A DNA stretch of 64,000 bases from Gammaproteobacteria bacterium UBA6940. GTDB taxonomy: Bacteria; Pseudomonadota; Gammaproteobacteria; Pseudomonadales; UBA6940. Positions within the stretch are counted from its first letter, which is position 1, and the number at the start of each line of letters is the position of its first letter. The notes beneath the pieces were generated by a model. The model worked only from the letters and a program-made list of their open reading frames with translations, did no database searches and was not told where the DNA came from. Both the position numbers and the translations under genes were made by a program. Below are positions 28,892-37,956 of this stretch, piece by piece. The stretch lies in the NCBI GenBank assembly GCA_002450655.1, contig DJZY01000057.1, positions 39,128-103,127 on the forward strand. The letters are read 5' to 3'.

Positions 28892-30307
28892 TTAAATATA
28901 GCAATCAACTCGACCTTTGCTTGAATTTCCAACAATAATTGTTGATTCGACCATCTCGTCCTCACCAGTTGCTAGCTCACCCAAGCGCTGATGGCCTCCA
29001 GATTTTTGTTCAGAGTTCTGCTGCTGTTGACCATCTTTTGTCTGCGCATCAACGGACTGAAACCCTTGTGACTCCAAGGCTTCACGCAAACGTGGTAAAT
29101 GTTGATCAAGAATTTCTCGTACTTGTGATGAGTGACTTGTCATCGTGACTTGTGCATGTTCGTTTTTAATCGAAACTTCTACTTTCAGAGGCCCCAAATC
29201 TGGTGGATCAAGTCGAATCTCAGCCTTTTGCTGTGTCGCATTTGCCATCCAGCGAACACGATCCATGACTTTGTCACCCCAATCTGGCTCAGAAACTGGT
29301 TTAGCAATACTCATTTGAACAGGTTTATCATTGACATTTTCTAAGGTAGGTAGAGTAGATTGCCCTGTTTTAGTTGTCTGATTTTGATGTTCAGGTAACT
29401 TAAAATTCTGCAGGTCTGTATCAACATTTTCTATAGTTTGATCAGCTGAAACATCAAGGCTTAGATCAGCGGTTTCAGTATTTTCAGTTTGTGCCCCAGT
29501 AGCAGCGACTGCCACCTCAGCTTTTAAACCAGAAGATGACTGCAAAGAGTCGTCTACTTCAAGAGATGAAGTATCTTGAGCCGTGGCAGTTTTTGCCGTT
29601 TCCTGCACCACATCTTGTGCTGTAACAGCAGTTGTTAAAATTTCATCTCCAACACTTTCATCGACAATTTCTGTAGTATCATTTTCATCATCAGATTCGA
29701 TGTCATCATCTGTCTCAGAGGAGGCATCAACCACCTGACTCGCAGCCTCTGCCTGATCTAGTAAAGAAGTATCAGTTACCTCTAAGTCTTCCTCATCGGT
29801 GACTTGAGTAGAATCGCTCTCAGTATTAAGTGTCAAAATTTCTTCCGACTCATCTATTGCTTCAGCTGTTTCTTCATCAGTTTTTTGACTTTTCAATGCT
29901 TCAGCAAGTAGTGCTTCTTCCGTTGCACTCGCCTCTTTCGATACAGCGTCCTCTGCAGCAACTGCTTCTTTATCATCAGTTTCAGAAGCAGTTGCTGCTT
30001 TATCAGAACCTACAGCCTCATCAGATGCATCTTCATTCTCATCAGCTTTTTTTGACTCATTTGTCTTCGACTGGCTTTGTGTTGCCTGAGACGAATTTTT
30101 TTGAGTATTTTTGGAAGGTGGTTTAGCAGGAGGCGCATCATCATTTGAGTTTTGACGCTGACTGTTTTTTGAATGAGCATTAGAATAGACCTCATCAAAA
30201 GACTGTACGCCATATGATGAGTTGTCAGATTGGTAAGCATTCTGTTTAACGCTACTACTAAAGTCTGGGACAGACTGGGCAGCGCCATTTGTCGATAACA
30301 AAGACAT
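28892..30307 (-). CDS. fliK: Flagellar hook-length control protein FliK
   Basis: Acidic, low-complexity N-terminal two-thirds. C-terminal Flg_hook-type domain 'AEIRLDPPDLGPLKVEVSI...AQVTMTSHS.QVREILDQHLPRLREAL'. Start set at the ATG with a GGAG RBS. Confidence 0.85.
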   Translation of the reverse strand: MSLLSTNGAAQSVPDFSSSVKQNAYQSDNSSYGVQSFDEVYSNAHSKNSQRQNSNDDAPPAKPPSKNTQKNSSQATQSQSKTNESKKADENEDASDEAVGSDKAATASETDDKEAVAAEDAVSKEASATEEALLAEALKSQKTDEETAEAIDESEEILTLNTESDSTQVTDEEDLEVTDTSLLDQAEAASQVVDASSETDDDIESDDENDTTEIVDESVGDEILTTAVTAQDVVQETAKTATAQDTSSLEVDDSLQSSSGLKAEVAVAATGAQTENTETADLSLDVSADQTIENVDTDLQNFKLPEHQNQTTKTGQSTLPTLENVNDKPVQMSIAKPVSEPDWGDKVMDRVRWMANATQQKAEIRLDPPDLGPLKVEVSIKNEHAQVTMTSHSSQVREILDQHLPRLREALESQGFQSVDAQTKDGQQQQNSEQKSGGHQRLGELATGEDEMVESTIIVGNSSKGRVDCYI

Positions 30308-30351
30308 AATACACTCCAATAAGATTAATGATGCTTATTGAAGTGCAAACA

Positions 30352-30711
30352 TTATGCCAAATTATTAAGAGCCTCTAATACAAGCTGACGATTTTTTTCA
30401 ATTTCAACAACAAGGGCTTCAGCGTTAGCTAAATTCCCCTCATGAGCTTGTGTTTCTAGTGTTGCGCACGCAGATGAAAGCTCAACAGCCCCCAAATTAC
30501 TAGAACTGCCCTTTAAACTATGAGCTGCACGCCTGACAGCATCAGAATCTGCTTGAGACACTGCTTCTGCTATAGCTTGGCATCTAACATCCATATCATT
30601 TCGAAATGTTGTTAGAAATAATTCAAAATCATCGCCAAGCATTGACCTTAAATCTTCAACCATATCTACATCAATTGCACTCAAAATAGCTCTCCTAAAT
30701 ACGCCATTCAA
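30352..30711 (-). CDS. hptB: Histidine phosphotransfer (HPt) protein, HptB-like
   Basis: 119 aa. HPt motif 'RRAAHSLKGSSSNLGA' with the phosphorylatable His. Overlaps the stop of the upstream REC-PP2C gene. Confidence 0.8.
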   Translation of the reverse strand: MNGVFRRAILSAIDVDMVEDLRSMLGDDFELFLTTFRNDMDVRCQAIAEAVSQADSDAVRRAAHSLKGSSSNLGAVELSSACATLETQAHEGNLANAEALVVEIEKNRQLVLEALNNLA

Positions 30712-32461
30712 ATTCAGCTTCTACTATATTACCAGTTCCAAAATATTCAAATCTACGACACATACCAAGTAGCAAAGGAATACCACGACCACAATAGCCT
30801 TCTTTTGAACTCAGTTTTTTCTCAAAACCCTTGAAGTCAAAGCCTTTACCTGTGTCTTCAACCCGAATAATTAAAACCCCTCCACCTTCTTCTGGCTTAT
30901 GTCTTAGAACAAATTTAACAGAACCTTCAAAATCTTTTGATAATGCGGCTTCACGCTGGCGATAATATTCTGCGAAGCCATGCGCTGTTGTTTTTAAACC
31001 AGAACTGATACCTAAAACACCATGCTCTAATGCATTTGAATAGAGCTCAGCTAAAATTGTATACAATTTGCTTGAGTGATTTCTTAAACCAGGCACTTCC
31101 ATCAAAACGTGTGTTAATAATGGCAAAGGATTAAAGTCTTTTAACGTTTGCGGTAGCAGTGTGTATTCTAAACACCAATCCATTGGCCCTAATGCTTTTT
31201 GAGATAGTTTTTCTTGTTTTTTCTCACCAAAATAAGAATCAAACTCCTCTTGTGGCACCATGGTAATTTCAACGAGAGTATGATCGTCGTCTTGTTCTTG
31301 TCGACCAGTATACACATCGACAGCATCTAAAATCTCATCAAAAATCTTCGTGCTATCATGATTTTTATTAAAAATATCAACGAGACGCTCACTACCGAAC
31401 ATTTCACCTTTGATGTTATTCGCTTCAAGAATACCATCAGTCCATAAGAAGAATCTATCACCTTCTTGCATCTCAAACACTTGTACTTCAGTATTAAAAC
31501 GTTGAGCTGAAAGCACACCTAAAGGCAAATGTTTTGATGGCACATTAATTATTTCGCCACCCTCTCTCGAATCATCAGGACGATAAATAAACAAATCAGG
31601 TAAACCACCGGACCAAACTTGAATAATATTTTTATCCATCGAAAATTCAACAAGCGCACAACAACAGAAAACACCTACAGGCAAAATATGCGCTAATTTT
31701 TTGTTAATCTCAGCGATAATTTCTTGCAGCGAAAAACCTTTATTGGTCATGCCGTAGAAAATTTCAGAAGCTGGCATTGCACCGATTGCAGCAGGTAAAC
31801 CATGACCAGTAAAGTCCCCAATCAGAACATACATACCACCATCAGGTTTTCGTGATGCTAAGACCATATCACCGTTAAAAACAGACATTGGCGATAAATG
31901 CGCTCTAACACAAGGCGCATTTATACAGCCAGGGTGAGCAATATTATCAAACACCCGCTTTGCAACTTCTTGCTCACGAATTAAATGCTCATGATGCACT
32001 GCCAACCGATCACGTTGCTCACGCACCACTGACTGTAGTCGCCTTAATCGCCCTAAAGCTCTCACTTTTGCTGTAAGAATTACTTTATTATATGGCTTAC
32101 TTAAAAAGTCAGTACCACCAGCGTCTAAACATTTAGCAAGGGAGTTTGCATCCTTGAGTGAAGTCAGAAATACTATTGGGATAGCCTCTTCTGCAGCAAG
32201 CACCCGTATTTTTTCTGCAGCCTCAAAACCATCCATTACCGGCATAAGCGCATCAAGCAAAACAATATCTGGCCGATGCTCAATGTAAAAATCAACGGCC
32301 TCTTGACCATTACGAGCACAAACCACTTCGTGACCAGCATTTTTGATAATGGTTGAGAGAATCAGTCGATCAGAGTCATTATCATCAGCTACGAGAACTT
32401 TGAGGCTGTCATCTTGATGCGCTTCAAATGAGCTCATCTCTTTTTCAACATTGAGTTCCAA
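30695..32461 (-). CDS. hsbR: Response regulator with PP2C (SpoIIE) phosphatase and RsbW/SpoIIAB-like kinase domains (HsbR-like)
   Basis: 588 aa. REC 'KVLVADDNDSDR...DIVLLDALMPVMDGFE'. PP2C 'GDFTGHGLPAAIGAMPAS', 'LWTDGILEA', 'QDDDHTLVEI'. C-terminal HATPase-like 'ELYSNALEHG' and 'VEDTGKGFD'. Confidence 0.85.
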   Translation of the reverse strand: MELNVEKEMSSFEAHQDDSLKVLVADDNDSDRLILSTIIKNAGHEVVCARNGQEAVDFYIEHRPDIVLLDALMPVMDGFEAAEKIRVLAAEEAIPIVFLTSLKDANSLAKCLDAGGTDFLSKPYNKVILTAKVRALGRLRRLQSVVREQRDRLAVHHEHLIREQEVAKRVFDNIAHPGCINAPCVRAHLSPMSVFNGDMVLASRKPDGGMYVLIGDFTGHGLPAAIGAMPASEIFYGMTNKGFSLQEIIAEINKKLAHILPVGVFCCCALVEFSMDKNIIQVWSGGLPDLFIYRPDDSREGGEIINVPSKHLPLGVLSAQRFNTEVQVFEMQEGDRFFLWTDGILEANNIKGEMFGSERLVDIFNKNHDSTKIFDEILDAVDVYTGRQEQDDDHTLVEITMVPQEEFDSYFGEKKQEKLSQKALGPMDWCLEYTLLPQTLKDFNPLPLLTHVLMEVPGLRNHSSKLYTILAELYSNALEHGVLGISSGLKTTAHGFAEYYRQREAALSKDFEGSVKFVLRHKPEEGGGVLIIRVEDTGKGFDFKGFEKKLSSKEGYCGRGIPLLLGMCRRFEYFGTGNIVEAEFEWRI

Positions 32462-32591
32462 AATTCACCTCGACTATATGTGTATTAGCTAAACATAAAG
32501 ATATATTTTGCTTGGCACTTTAACAGGCCCTTTTTTCAAGTTTAGACAATACTCAGCAGCTTATTAAACAATTAATAGAAATCTAAACAAT

Positions 32592-32630
32592 AAAAAAAGG
32601 CCCTTTTGAACAATACAAAGGGCCTTTTTT
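32592..32630 (-). terminator. Rho-independent terminator downstream of the STAS gene
   Basis: Stem 'aaaggcccttt' (32596-32606) pairs with 'aaagggccttt' (32617-32627) across a 10-nt loop. A/T runs on both sides give a U-tract on either strand. Confidence 0.7.
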
Positions 32631-32654
32631 ATATTTAAAGTCTATTTTTTAATT

Positions 32655-32960
32655 TTATTTAATCGTAAAGAGCTGCTCAAAATTAGATATTGTTAGAATC
32701 TTCTTCACATCATTATTACAGTTTACGATTTCAATATGGGATGTATCACCACCAGCATGATCTCTAAGCAGAAGAAGCATACCTAATGCAGAAGAGTCAA
32801 GATAGGTTGTTTCGCTCATATCAACAACATAACCTTCCGGTTTAGAGTTTGCTTTTTCATAAGCATCCCTGAATTCTTGGTGCGCACTAAAGTCAAAGCG
32901 GCCCTGAATTTTAATGGTCAACTTGTTGTCTGCGCCTGATTCGTTAGCCCAAATCGCCAT
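32655..32960 (-). CDS. hsbA: STAS-domain anti-sigma-factor antagonist (HsbA-like)
   Basis: 101 aa. 'MSETTYLDSSALGMLLLLRD' carries the phosphorylatable Ser context of SpoIIAA/RsbV-type proteins. Confidence 0.85.
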   Translation of the reverse strand: MAIWANESGADNKLTIKIQGRFDFSAHQEFRDAYEKANSKPEGYVVDMSETTYLDSSALGMLLLLRDHAGGDTSHIEIVNCNNDVKKILTISNFEQLFTIK

Positions 32961-33204
32961 ATTACACTTCCCCTTAATGGTTATAAAATATTGAAAATTT
33001 CAATAAAACACACAACTTCCAGAAAAATGCTATTCATAAAGCCTTAATCTGTAGGTCCTTCTTTTACTTGAAGCCTTAAAGTTTTTAATCCGTAAAACTT
33101 CATTTCTTAATTTTAAGAATAGTCCAATTCGAAACAACTCAAAGTATGTCGTTAACAAAGGATACAATTTTTTCCTTTTTAAAAACTGATAACTTAACCA
33201 GAAG

Positions 33205-34176
33205 TTACTGCTTAACCACCTTTGTTTGATACAAACTTACAAGCCTTTCATTTAAATTATTGAGATGCTCTAAAAATTGTTTATCAACTAGTCCTAAGCG
33301 ATGAATGAGATCAACTTTCATCAATACAACAACAACAATTTTATGCATCTCACCAATAATTTTACCGTAAGCTTCCGTATTCACAATTCCAGCAGACTCA
33401 AGCAAGGCTAAACCTTGAAGCTGCCCAATAAGCTGATCTACACCTGAGCGTGTCTCTAAAGCAATATGCAGGTCTGAGACAACCATTTGATCAACCATAG
33501 CTGAAGTAGCTTGAACAGAGTTTTTTGCTTTTTGCATCTCTGTTTTAATATCGCCACCAAAATTTTCTGATTGGGCTGAAAGGCGTTGCACCTCTTTCGC
33601 CATATAACTGTATGTTCTACCAACATTACCTGATTTAGCAGCTTCAATTGCCGCATTCAAAGCCAGCAATCCTGTCTGATCGGCAATATGTCGCAGACCA
33701 TCCACAAGCGAAAAAATTGAATCAATTTGTTTTAAAAGCTCTTCAGTCTTGCTTACAGCATCATGCCCTTGCTGGCTGGCATTCACGATGACTTTAACGT
33801 AATCTCGCATAGTGCCTTCTATTTCGACAACATAGGCCTCAACACTTAGCTCACGTAGCTCTTGCACTTCAGGTAATACAATATGTTGTTTTAACCCTTT
33901 AATAGCATTGCTTAGACGGTCTGCATTGGCATTATTGTCAACTAAAGACTTAAGTTCGTTTAAATCAAGATTTGATTCCATCGAAGTAAACTTTTCAATT
34001 AGGCCCTCTACCTCTTCCTGGCATTGCGTAGGAAGGAAAAGCACTTGCTTCGCTGTAGTTTCATCTAAATCCATAGTAAGCCTATCTTCAAGTATGCTGT
34101 TTTTACGACGTTGGTATATGTGGTAGCCAAGGGCTGAACCAATCACCAAAAAGAAAATTAAAACAACAATAGCCAT
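33205..34176 (-). CDS. Short membrane-anchored MCP-like protein (divergent methyl-accepting signalling domain only)
   Basis: 323 aa with an N-terminal TM segment. '[40 protein letters not shown]' compares with the MCP hairpin-tip consensus '[38 protein letters not shown]'. Confidence 0.7.
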   Translation of the reverse strand: [323 protein letters not shown]

Positions 34177-34454
34177 ATTTACAACCTTTTAATTAAGAGT
34201 AGTCAAAGTCTTTAGACACGTCATGCATCTATTAGCTATATCCTAGTATTTACTGACAATTCTATAATGACAGCAGTGATTCGCCTAGCTAATTAAGCTT
34301 AAAAAGACAACATCTCTCACTCTTTTTTATGATGAATACAGAATACATAAATTAATTAAAGTACAAACGAACTAAGGAGGTGTGAATGATGAAGATATTC
34401 AATGGAGAGTATAAAAAGGAGAGACAATAATTTTATCGAATAAAAAGAAGCTCT

Positions 34455-34910
34455 TTATTCGTCACTGTCGAAATCCATTTGACGCATAAAGCCTTGGGTT
34501 GCAAGTTCATCAAGAAATTCAGCTTCATCTTTATCTTGCTTTTCTTTTTCAGCAGCATTCTGCGCTGCCGCAATTACGTTATATGACTCTTTAGTCTTAT
34601 AAAGCTCGAAAAGATGGGCTTTCATTTGGTCTAAGCGCTTTACCTTTTCCGCAATAAGGCCCTGCTGCTGCCTCATAGCATCACGAAGAGAGGCAACAAA
34701 GGAGTGCTGACGAGTGATACTTGAAACAGATTGATATTCAGTAAGTTGAGTTGCTTGCTTTTCAGTTTGTGTACAATATTCAGCAAGTTGTGTGAGCTGA
34801 TTTTTAGATGCATCAAGATCTCGCTCGAATTCAGCAACCTGACTTCGAAACTTCTCAAGATCAATATTGACTAATTCGCCCATTCGGGTCCAACGATCAC
34901 CTGCTGCCAT
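34455..34910 (-). CDS. fliJ: Flagellar export chaperone FliJ
   Basis: 151-aa coiled-coil protein immediately downstream of fliI. Assigned by size, position and composition. Confidence 0.7.
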   Translation of the reverse strand: MAAGDRWTRMGELVNIDLEKFRSQVAEFERDLDASKNQLTQLAEYCTQTEKQATQLTEYQSVSSITRQHSFVASLRDAMRQQQGLIAEKVKRLDQMKAHLFELYKTKESYNVIAAAQNAAEKEKQDKDEAEFLDELATQGFMRQMDFDSDE

Positions 34911-34961
34911 ATAATTAACCTAGCACACCTGAACAATTATTAGCCACTTTAATTACATTAT

Positions 34962-36290
34962 TTAACTTGATACAAGCTGTAATAATGCTTTTTTTGAATC
35001 AGCAAAGGTACGGCATTCTTTCATTTTCTGTACAAGAAATTGTCGAATTGCATCTCTTTTTTCAACAGCTTTATCAAGCTCAGGATCACTGCCTTTTTTA
35101 TAAGCACCAATTCTTAATAAATCTATATTTCGCTGATAACTGGACATCCAACGTCGCATGGTAATTGCTGCTTCACGGTGTTGTTCATCCACAATAGCAG
35201 GCATGACACGAGATACAGATTGTTCCACATCAATTGCTGGGTAAATCCCCTCTTCAGCAATACGTCGGTTCAATACAATATGTCCATCTAAAATAGCTCT
35301 TGCCGCATCAGCAATAGGCCCCTGCTGGTCATCACCTTCAACAAGCACTGTATAAAATGCAGTAATAGAACCACCACCGCTTTCGCCATTACCGGCTCTT
35401 TCAACAAGCGCAGGTAATTTAGCAAAACATGAGGGTGTATAACCTTTAGTAGCAGGAGGTTCACCAGCAGCCAAACTAATTTCCCGCTGAGCTTGAGCAT
35501 AGCGAGTTAAAGAATCCATGAGCAGTAAAACACTTTTACCCTGCTCTCTAAAATATTCAGCAATTGAAGTAGACGTTTGTGCACCATACAAACGCATCAT
35601 TGCAGGATCATCAGCAGGCGAAACAACAACAATTGCTTTTTTTAATCCATCTTCACCAAGAATTTCATCAATAAACTCTTTAACCTCTCGCCCACGCTCT
35701 CCAATTAAACCAACCACGATAACGTCGGCATTGGTATTTCGAGCCATCATACCCAATGTCACACTTTTACCAACACCGCTACCAGCCATTAAACCTATGC
35801 GTTGTCCACGTCCTACTGTAAGCAATCCATTAATGGTACCGATGCCTACATCTAACACTTCTTTAATTGGTGTACGTGCAAGAGGATTTATTTTTTTAAA
35901 TTGAAACGCTTCGTGTCGCACATTGTGTAAAGGCCCCTTACCATCAATTGGACGACCAAGCGCATCAAGAATGCGGCCTATTGTGCCTTCGCCAGCAGGT
36001 AGCGTTAAAGGCTCACCAGTTGGCGTCACCATTCCACCCACAGCAAAACCTGTACTGCCTTCAAGAGGTGTTAATAAAACATTTTTGCCACGAAAACCAA
36101 TAATTTCTGAAACAACAAAGCCACCATCAGCGGTTTCAACATGACATAATGTGCCAACAGGTGCGCGACAGCCTTGTGCCTCGAGTAATAAACCCACTGC
36201 TTTTACAAGTTGACCACTTACTGCTGGTTTAGGCGGCGCCTGAATTGTAGAACGCCATTTATGAAGTTCGTCTTTAAAAAAAGTATCCAA
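34962..36290 (-). CDS. fliI: Flagellum-specific ATPase FliI
   Basis: 442 aa. Walker A 'GSGVGKS', Walker B 'VLLLMDSLTR', F1-ATPase-like fold motifs. Confidence 0.95.
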   Translation of the reverse strand: MDTFFKDELHKWRSTIQAPPKPAVSGQLVKAVGLLLEAQGCRAPVGTLCHVETADGGFVVSEIIGFRGKNVLLTPLEGSTGFAVGGMVTPTGEPLTLPAGEGTIGRILDALGRPIDGKGPLHNVRHEAFQFKKINPLARTPIKEVLDVGIGTINGLLTVGRGQRIGLMAGSGVGKSVTLGMMARNTNADVIVVGLIGERGREVKEFIDEILGEDGLKKAIVVVSPADDPAMMRLYGAQTSTSIAEYFREQGKSVLLLMDSLTRYAQAQREISLAAGEPPATKGYTPSCFAKLPALVERAGNGESGGGSITAFYTVLVEGDDQQGPIADAARAILDGHIVLNRRIAEEGIYPAIDVEQSVSRVMPAIVDEQHREAAITMRRWMSSYQRNIDLLRIGAYKKGSDPELDKAVEKRDAIRQFLVQKMKECRTFADSKKALLQLVSS

Positions 36291-36298
36291 GTAAACCT

Positions 36299-36880
36299 CT
36301 AGGCATTATCTTTAAGCTGTTTAATATACTGATCTAGCAGCTCAGGTAAATTAATTTTGACTCTAGAGTGACCGGACTCAAGAAAAACATTACCATCACT
36401 TAATTTATTATTAAGCTGAACTCGCCAACCACTTTCATCCATATGATTCGCTAATGCATTTTGCACTACTTCACTATTATGTTGATTAACATGAATAACA
36501 ATTTGATGATCTGTCGGCAGTAATTGCTGTACGGACTCATCAACTAAATATTCTAACAATGCTTGATCTTGACTCACTTGGTGATGCAAGAATGTTGCAC
36601 AGATATCAGTAGCCAAGGTTTTCAGTTCGGAAACAAGATCCTGACGGTAATCTTGAAAAGGGTGTTGCATGGCTTGAATGAGCTGACGAATTTTCGTCAT
36701 TTCAATATCCATTTTTTGAGTAAGTTCAGCCTGCCCTTCTGCTAGACCAGCAGCATAACCTTCAGCCTTACCTTCTTTAAAGCCATCATCATAACCTGCC
36801 TCACGAGCATCAGCCATTTCTGCAACTGTAACTCCAGCATCCTTTGCTGGTGATCGAAACCCGGCACGACTTTCTGTCAT
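36299..36880 (-). CDS. fliH: Flagellar assembly protein FliH
   Basis: 193 aa. 'AGYDDGFKEGKAEGYAAGLAEGQAE' is a FliH-type repeat. Position is between fliG and fliI. Confidence 0.8.
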   Translation of the reverse strand: MTESRAGFRSPAKDAGVTVAEMADAREAGYDDGFKEGKAEGYAAGLAEGQAELTQKMDIEMTKIRQLIQAMQHPFQDYRQDLVSELKTLATDICATFLHHQVSQDQALLEYLVDESVQQLLPTDHQIVIHVNQHNSEVVQNALANHMDESGWRVQLNNKLSDGNVFLESGHSRVKINLPELLDQYIKQLKDNA

Positions 36881-36881
36881 A

Positions 36882-37898
36882 TTAAATCATTTCCTCGCCG
36901 CCTTTACTGCCAAGCATAATTTCACCGGCATCAGACATGCGTCTTGCAATGGATAGAATTTCTTTTTGGGCTGCTTCAACTTCAGACACTTTTACAGGGC
37001 CTTTAGACTCTAAATCATCACGTAAAAGATCGGCAGCTCTCGAAGACATATTGCCGAAGATTTTTTCTTTAACTGCTTCATCAGCACCTTTAAGTGCAAG
37101 TATAAGCACATCCGAAGAAATTTCACGCATAAGCGCTTGAATACCACGATCATCAACTTCACTTAGGTTCTCAAAGACAAACATGAGATCCTGAATCTCT
37201 TGCGCCAAGTCCTCATCAACTTCACGTAAGGACTCAATAAGCTGACTTTCAGTTGCAGTATCAAGGAAATTCATGATGTCAGCAGTACATTTAATACCAC
37301 CGAGGTGTGCTGTAGCTGAAGAGTTTGCAGATGAAGCAAATTGTTTTTCCAAAATATTGTTTAATTCTTGCAGTGCTTGTGGTTGAACCGATTCGATAGA
37401 TGCAATTCTTAAAATAATATCTAAGCGGACTCGCTCATCAAGGTTACTTAATACTTCTGCTGCTTGGTCAGGGTCTAGGTATGCAATTACAATCGCCTGT
37501 ATCTGAGGATGCTCAAAACGAATTAAATCACTAATAGCTCGCCCATTCATCCACTTCAGCGTATCTAAACCGGAAGTGTTGCCACCCATCAAAATACGAT
37601 CTGCAAGACTACCTGCTTTTTCTTCGCCAAGTGCTTGTACAAGCATATTTCGAATATAGGCATCCGAGCCAATCCCCAAACTTGTTTGTGTTTGCACATG
37701 CTCAAAAAAAGTGTTTAATACATTTTCAACTTGATCACGTGTCACGTTTTTTAATTGGGTCATTGCAGAACCAATGCGTTGCACTTCCTTAGGACCTAAA
37801 TGTTTTAAAATTTCAGCGGCATCTTCTTCGCCTAAAGACAATAATAAAACTGCAGCTTTATCCACTGGATCTGAAACGCCACCTTTTTCTTCAGCCAT
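36882..37898 (-). CDS. fliG: Flagellar motor switch protein FliG
   Basis: 338 aa. 'AAVLLLSLGEEDAAEILKHL', 'MFVFENL', and the C-terminal torque helix region 'RAADLLRDDLE..GPVKVSEVEAAQKEI'. Confidence 0.95.
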   Translation of the reverse strand: MAEEKGGVSDPVDKAAVLLLSLGEEDAAEILKHLGPKEVQRIGSAMTQLKNVTRDQVENVLNTFFEHVQTQTSLGIGSDAYIRNMLVQALGEEKAGSLADRILMGGNTSGLDTLKWMNGRAISDLIRFEHPQIQAIVIAYLDPDQAAEVLSNLDERVRLDIILRIASIESVQPQALQELNNILEKQFASSANSSATAHLGGIKCTADIMNFLDTATESQLIESLREVDEDLAQEIQDLMFVFENLSEVDDRGIQALMREISSDVLILALKGADEAVKEKIFGNMSSRAADLLRDDLESKGPVKVSEVEAAQKEILSIARRMSDAGEIMLGSKGGEEMI

Positions 37899-37956
37899 AT
37901 TGTGTCCCTAAAAACAAGTGGGTCAAACCTTGACCCTACAAAATAAACTTTTCCAA

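Noticed and set aside
32513-32528. TGGCAC hexamer upstream of hsbR that looked like a sigma-54 -24 element
   Set aside because: It is on the plus strand, pointing away from any plus-strand gene. It is followed by 'tttaaCAGGC', so there is no TTGC and the GG-to-GC spacing is 11 rather than 10.
34431-34458. Possible sigma-28 promoter (TAAA ... TCGATAA on the minus strand) at the fliJ stop, upstream of the MCP-like gene
   Set aside because: The spacer is about 13 nt rather than 15, only 6/8 of GCCGATAA matches, and it lies about 255 nt from the start codon. This is too weak to call.
35518-36144. 128-aa and 73-aa plus-strand ORFs inside fliI
   Set aside because: These are antisense shadow ORFs of a highly conserved gene. 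Their Pro/Ser/Thr-rich translations are typical of reverse-frame artefacts.
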